From contig CAUQSL010000007.1 in the NCBI GenBank assembly GCA_963520775.1, positions 3,837-67,836 of the forward strand: DNA of 64,000 nt. The letters run 5' to 3'. Source of the DNA: an uncultured Peptostreptococcus sp. GTDB taxonomy: Bacteria; Bacillota; Clostridia; Peptostreptococcales; Peptostreptococcaceae. Numbering within the stretch: the first letter of the stretch is position 1; the number at the start of each line of letters is the position of its first letter. Under the pieces are notes generated by a model. That model was not told where the DNA came from. It made no database searches and saw nothing but the letters and a program-made list of their open reading frames with translations. Both the position numbers and the translations under genes were made by a program. This document shows, piece after piece, positions 63,294 to 64,000 of this stretch.

Positions 63294-64000
63294 CTATACC
63301 AAAGGTGCTACAAATCTCCACAAGCACTGTATAATCCTTAGAGAAGTTGACCTACCGCTTGCATACTTCTCGGTTACTTCATATGATGCTTTGAATATAT
63401 TTTCAAAGTCATCTCTCATATCTTTTATACAGGCTGCATTATGTATAAATACTCCATTTTCAAAATGGTGATAAAGGCTTCTATAGTCCATATTAATTGT
63501 GCCTATAATTGCAGTTTTGTCATCTGATATAATTTGCTTTGAATGAATGAAACCTGGCATATATTCGTATATTCTTACACCATTTCTTGCTAGGCTTCCA
63601 TAATATGACCTAGTCATCTTATATACAATCTTTTTATCAGGTATTCCTGGCGTTACTATCCTTACATCTATACCTCTCTTGGCGGCAAGTGATAATTCTT
63701 CAACCATATTGTCGTCTATCAGCAGGTATGGACTCGTTATGTACACATACTCTCTTGCCTTCTTTATTAGGTTCATATAGGCACTTTCTGCCAATAATTC
63801 TTCCTTTAGTGGATTTTCTGCAAAGGGCTGAATTATTATATTATCGCCACCTGTAGCATTTTGTTTTTTGCTAGGTATATTTCTCCTACTATCATCTTTT
63901 GCTTTAACAAGCCCTTCTTTTGTACATACTTCTTCTTTGATATGATCTTCTTCTCTACTAATAAAATCTTCTTGTATTATATCTTCTTTACAATGATTTA
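63294..64000 (-). CDS. cls: Cardiolipin synthase, 5' part outside the window
   Basis: YITSPYL; HKD motif HSKQIISD...GTINMDYRS; frame open to the window end. Confidence 0.9.
   Translation of the reverse strand, partial: NHCKEDIIQEDFISREEDHIKEEVCTKEGLVKAKDDSRRNIPSKKQNATGGDNIIIQPFAENPLKEELLAESAYMNLIKKAREYVYITSPYLLIDDNMVEELSLAAKRGIDVRIVTPGIPDKKIVYKMTRSYYGSLARNGVRIYEYMPGFIHSKQIISDDKTAIIGTINMDYRSLYHHFENGVFIHNAACIKDMRDDFENIFKASYEVTEKYASGRSTSLRIIQCLWRFVAPLV

Overview
Low-GC Firmicute chromosome segment. Gene content and style suggest an anaerobic Peptostreptococcaceae/Peptostreptococcus-like organism (inference). Nearly all genes are on the minus strand. Left to right: (1) an accessory type I restriction-modification locus downstream of guaA (hsdM, two hsdS genes, a tyrosine recombinase, a HAD hydrolase running off the window; hsdR not in the window); (2) a UDG-family gene, guaA, groES-groEL with CIRCE, an IS30 remnant, ogg; (3) amaP-DUF2273-asp23 and a GntR/YtrA-membrane protein pair; (4) a guanine riboswitch with pbuX-xpt; (5) an unannotated type I toxin-antitoxin-like locus; (6) an acc/fab operon with a FabT-like regulator, and an orphan sigma factor; (7) an anaerobic cobalamin cluster with a CbiK-CbiL fusion; (8) a C-terminal protease, split transketolase, acpS; (9) a TlpA/CXXC/4Fe-4S module joined to vex123-vncRS-like genes; (10) a partial cardiolipin synthase. 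Most notable: four copies of a 14-bp core (TAAACAATAATTTA) in alternating orientation around the hsdS genes. Inversion would shuffle TRDs and also fuse a single-TRD half-HsdS in frame to cryptic tails ending ...YLLAA* or ...NLMA*, which resemble ssrA/Clp degradation tags.
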